A DNA stretch of 64,000 nt, taken from positions 96,001-160,000 of the forward strand of contig NZ_CP157522.1 of NCBI RefSeq assembly GCF_049075655.1. The letters run 5' to 3'. The notes beneath the pieces were generated by a model that worked only from the letters and a program-made list of their open reading frames with translations, was not told where the DNA came from and searched no databases. Source of the DNA: Methanothermococcus sp. Ax23. GTDB taxonomy: Archaea; AGJL01; Methanococci; Methanococcales; Methanococcaceae. Below, piece after piece: positions 60,791-64,000 of this stretch (its first letter is position 1; each line of letters starts with the position of its first letter). The position numbers were made by a program, and so were the translations under genes.

Positions 60791-62719
60791 TTAGTTTATT
60801 GGAATAATTATATGGAATATACTTCCATTACCCAAGTTACTTTCTACCCAGATAGTTCCACCATGGGCTTCTATGATACTTTTGCACACTGCCAAACCCA
60901 ATCCAGAACCGCCTTTTATCCGTTTTGCAGGGGAATCCACCTGGTAGAATCTATCAAATATCCTATCTAAATCTCTCTTAGGTATGCCCGGACCGTTGTC
61001 TATAACCTTCATATGGATAGAATTGCCCTCTTTTAATACTTGAATTTCCACTTTTTCATTTATGGGTGAAAATTTTATGGCATTTTCAATTAAATTGGTT
61101 AAAACCTGAGTTATTCGGTCTTTATCACCATTTAGAACCATATCATTTATTTTATATATTATTTTAATATTTTTTTCATCTGCAAGTGGTTTTAAGGTAT
61201 CAACAACATCTTCCACGAGCTCCTTTAAATTTATCTTTTCCATTTGCATTTCTAATTCTCCACGCTCTATTTTGGATAAATCAAGCATGTTATCTATTAA
61301 TCTTTTTAATCTATCGATGTTTTCATTTGCAATTTCAAGGCATTTTCTCTGGGTTTCAGTAATCGCCCCCATTGTTCCATCCAACACGAGCTCTACATAT
61401 CCCTTTATTGAAGTTAATGGTGTTCTCAACTCATGAGATACTATTGCTACGATGTCTGATTTTAATTTATCCAATTCTTTCAATTCATTGTAGGATTTTT
61501 CCAATTCTTCCGCCTGTTTTTTGAGTTTCTCATTGGATTTTCTTATCTCATCAGCCATTTTATTAAATGCTTTGGCAAGTTCTCCAAATTCATCGTTTGT
61601 ATCTACATGAACTCTAAAATCATAGTTTCCGTTACCTATCATCTCTGCTCCTTTTTTTAGCTCTTCAAGAGGTTTTGTAATCTTTCCATTTATTACAAAA
61701 GACACCATTAGAGCTATTAGAAGCCCTAATATTCCAACTCCAAGTATAAGATTTTTTATACTGTTTTGAAGAACTATAAATGGCTTTTTAGGCATTCCCA
61801 CATACAACATCCCTATAATTTCATCATTGCTATTTTTTATTGGCTTATATGCAGTTAAATACCAGTCATTAACAACAAAAGCCATCCCATAATAAGTTTC
61901 TCCATTTTTTATAACTTTATCATACACTTCCTTTGAAACAAAGGTTCCAATAGCTCTTTTATTATCGTCCTGAACATTTGTGGATATTCTAAGACCATCC
62001 AAAAATATCGTTGCAGTATCTTTTGTAGCCTCCTTTATCTTATCTACAAAAGAGTTGTCTTTGTTCAGAATTTTTGATACCATTATTGCTCCAATAATAT
62101 TTCCATCTTCATCTCTAATAGGTTTAATGGATACCAGTGCGAGAGCTCTTGTTTCCACAGATTTATTTATAATTGGGTGTCCTGAAATTGATTCATAATC
62201 CACACCTGTTTTAATAATATCTATTTTTGTTTTATTTTCAATATTCTCCTTTTTTACAGTATTTTCATCTAATATTTCAATAGATGATATACTTTTCCCA
62301 TCAAGTGCTTTTTTTACAAGTGGCAAGAGCTCAGTATCATTTGTTATATCGCTGTTTGACCTTACCACAACATGCCCATTACTGTTGAATATTGTTGCAA
62401 AATCAGCATCTCCTGATTTTTTTGTTAGTATGGCGATTTCTTTTAATTTTGAAATATTATTATTTTTAAGTGCAGTTATTGTATCTTTTGAATTGGCAGA
62501 ATACTGACATACCGTAGATAATTTATCAATCTGGTCTGCCATAAAACCTTCGGCAGTATGTAAATCAGTGTTTATTTTTTCCTGAGCCTGTTCATTCATA
62601 GTTTTTGTTATAATATCTGTTGATACCATCCCCAAAATCAATATGGGTATTAATGCAACAACTATTGAATAAATTGTTAATTTTGTTCCAAATTTTTTTA
62701 TGGCAGGTAATTTGCCCAT
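60791..62719 (-). CDS. Sensor histidine kinase (TM-Cache-TM-HAMP-HisKA-HATPase)
   Basis: TATIF..RISTN..RAIGT Cache domain; DEFGELAKAFN HAMP; SHELRTPL; NAIKF, DNGPG, GSGLGL. Confidence 0.92.
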   Translation of the reverse strand: MGKLPAIKKFGTKLTIYSIVVALIPILILGMVSTDIITKTMNEQAQEKINTDLHTAEGFMADQIDKLSTVCQYSANSKDTITALKNNNISKLKEIAILTKKSGDADFATIFNSNGHVVVRSNSDITNDTELLPLVKKALDGKSISSIEILDENTVKKENIENKTKIDIIKTGVDYESISGHPIINKSVETRALALVSIKPIRDEDGNIIGAIMVSKILNKDNSFVDKIKEATKDTATIFLDGLRISTNVQDDNKRAIGTFVSKEVYDKVIKNGETYYGMAFVVNDWYLTAYKPIKNSNDEIIGMLYVGMPKKPFIVLQNSIKNLILGVGILGLLIALMVSFVINGKITKPLEELKKGAEMIGNGNYDFRVHVDTNDEFGELAKAFNKMADEIRKSNEKLKKQAEELEKSYNELKELDKLKSDIVAIVSHELRTPLTSIKGYVELVLDGTMGAITETQRKCLEIANENIDRLKRLIDNMLDLSKIERGELEMQMEKINLKELVEDVVDTLKPLADEKNIKIIYKINDMVLNGDKDRITQVLTNLIENAIKFSPINEKVEIQVLKEGNSIHMKVIDNGPGIPKRDLDRIFDRFYQVDSPAKRIKGGSGLGLAVCKSIIEAHGGTIWVESNLGNGSIFHIIIPIN

Positions 62720-62752
62720 ATTTACACCTGATATATATCTATCTTATTTCAG

Positions 62753-63133
62753 TTATTGTTCATTTAATTTATATTCTTCTAAAACACGGTTTATTTTATC
62801 AAGCAATTCCTTTTTTTCAAAGGGTTTTATGATGTAATCATCCACATGTTTTTTAACGCCTATTTCAATATCTTTTTCCTGAGCAAGGGCTGTTAAAGCT
62901 ATTACAGGCGTATTTTTCCACTCTTTTTTTGACCTTATAATATCTAAAACTTCCCAGCCACTCATTCCTGGCATCATTATATCTAGCAATACTAAATCAG
63001 GCATACATTCCATTAATTTTATAGCCTCATACCCATCAGGTGCTGATAAAACCTCGTAATTATTTACTTCAAGTATTATTTTCACAAGATTTAATATATC
63101 CTCGTTATCTTCAACCACAAGAATTTTAGCCAT
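62753..63133 (-). CDS. Single-domain response regulator
   Basis: ILVVED, LLDIMMPGMSG, LTA, KPF. Confidence 0.92.
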   Translation of the reverse strand: MAKILVVEDNEDILNLVKIILEVNNYEVLSAPDGYEAIKLMECMPDLVLLDIMMPGMSGWEVLDIIRSKKEWKNTPVIALTALAQEKDIEIGVKKHVDDYIIKPFEKKELLDKINRVLEEYKLNEQ

Positions 63134-63495
63134 TTTATCTCCCTTGATTGTATAATTATATAGTAAAAAATTATAGTTGCATTGATGGTAAATAGTCAAT
63201 TATAATTTAATAAAATCATCTGGGAAATATTTGCACCGAATATATAAATAAATTCTTACATATGGATTATTCTCCAAAATTTATAAAATAATATTTTTTT
63301 ATAGTTTATTTACCTTAATATATTATGTTTATGAAAATTTAAATAAATATACATTTATTTGAAAAATTCAGAATTTATAAGTATAACTTAATAGATTGAC
63401 CATATTTAATTAACAATATAGTATTAATTACAGCTATTATAGTTTTATTAAAGTGTTGGTTATTTTATCAAACAAGTATATATGGCGGTGTTAAT

Positions 63496-64000
63496 GTGAG
63501 ATTCATAGAGTTCGGACAGGGATTTTCAGACGACGACAACCCACTAAAAGCAGGAGCTCATGCCACATCAAATGCATTAAAACAATTAAACAAATATTCG
63601 GAACACCCAAACATCGTATTTTTATTTTCCTCTCCTGATTATGACCCAGAGGAGATATTAAACGGGGTAAAACTTATAATGAATACCAAAACACCAGTTG
63701 TGGGGGGAAGTTCCAAATTTCAAATTGTGAATAATAAGCTACTAAAAAAAGGAGTGGGCGTTGGAATCCTGTCTTCAAAGTATATACATATAGGTGTTGG
63801 AGTGGGTTTGGGAGTATCTATAAATCCAAGAGAATCTGGGAAAAAAGCCATTCAAGATGCCGTGGAAAATCTTGGCATGATTCCAAAATTCGTCATGGTA
63901 TTTATGGACTTCTGTAAATTTGAAGAAGAGGTTTTAAAAGGCATAATCGATATCTTAGGTATTACAATCCCCATATTTGGCGGAACTACTACCGACGACT
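63496..64000 (+). CDS. FIST-domain sensor protein (3' end outside window)
   Basis: GTG at 63496 after GGCGGTG. The frame is open to the window end: VRFIEFGQG..FLFSSPDYD..PVVGGSS..PIFGGTTTDD. Confidence 0.7.
   Translation, partial: MRFIEFGQGFSDDDNPLKAGAHATSNALKQLNKYSEHPNIVFLFSSPDYDPEEILNGVKLIMNTKTPVVGGSSKFQIVNNKLLKKGVGVGILSSKYIHIGVGVGLGVSINPRESGKKAIQDAVENLGMIPKFVMVFMDFCKFEEEVLKGIIDILGITIPIFGGTTTDD

Noticed and set aside
70-62832. Many 60-130 aa antisense or alternate-frame ORFs inside long genes
   Set aside because: Shadow ORFs of well-supported genes, with no RBS or recognisable motifs.
1-64000. tRNA/rRNA genes, integrase or reverse transcriptase
   Set aside because: No GC-rich structured RNA gene or such ORF was seen. 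Any enzyme that mobilises the micro-elements must be encoded outside the window.

Overview
AT-rich (about 29% GC by eye) archaeal chromosomal DNA. Gene content and GGTGA ribosome-binding sites point to a Methanococcales methanogen (Methanothermococcus-like; inference). Contents, in order: housekeeping genes (ftsY, pssA, taw3, serB); a surface-protein cluster; a mosaic glycan locus (gmhD, gmd, GT2/GT4/GT9, glf, wzx, rfbABCD) interrupted by decayed toxin-antitoxin cassettes; a tnpB-only IS200/IS605 element; tmk, rpa, thrC, leuD and a phosphatidylserine decarboxylase; a type I-D CRISPR-Cas locus with frameshifted cas6 and an array of about 53 repeats; minD, a GTPase, sepF and argF; a two-component pair and a FIST gene. 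Two unannotated signals stand out. (1) A family of 35-46 bp double-hairpin micro-insertions with short, variable target-site duplications. They have inserted in-frame into tmk, frameshifted tnpB and an acylphosphatase-like gene, split the IS left-end hairpin and landed upstream of rpa, and one CRISPR spacer carries their core motif. (2) The palindrome GAGCTC is roughly 20-fold over-represented (about 77 copies counted by eye), HIP1-like. It is absent from an 11 kb glycosyltransferase island and concentrated at accessory-cassette borders. All counts are manual.
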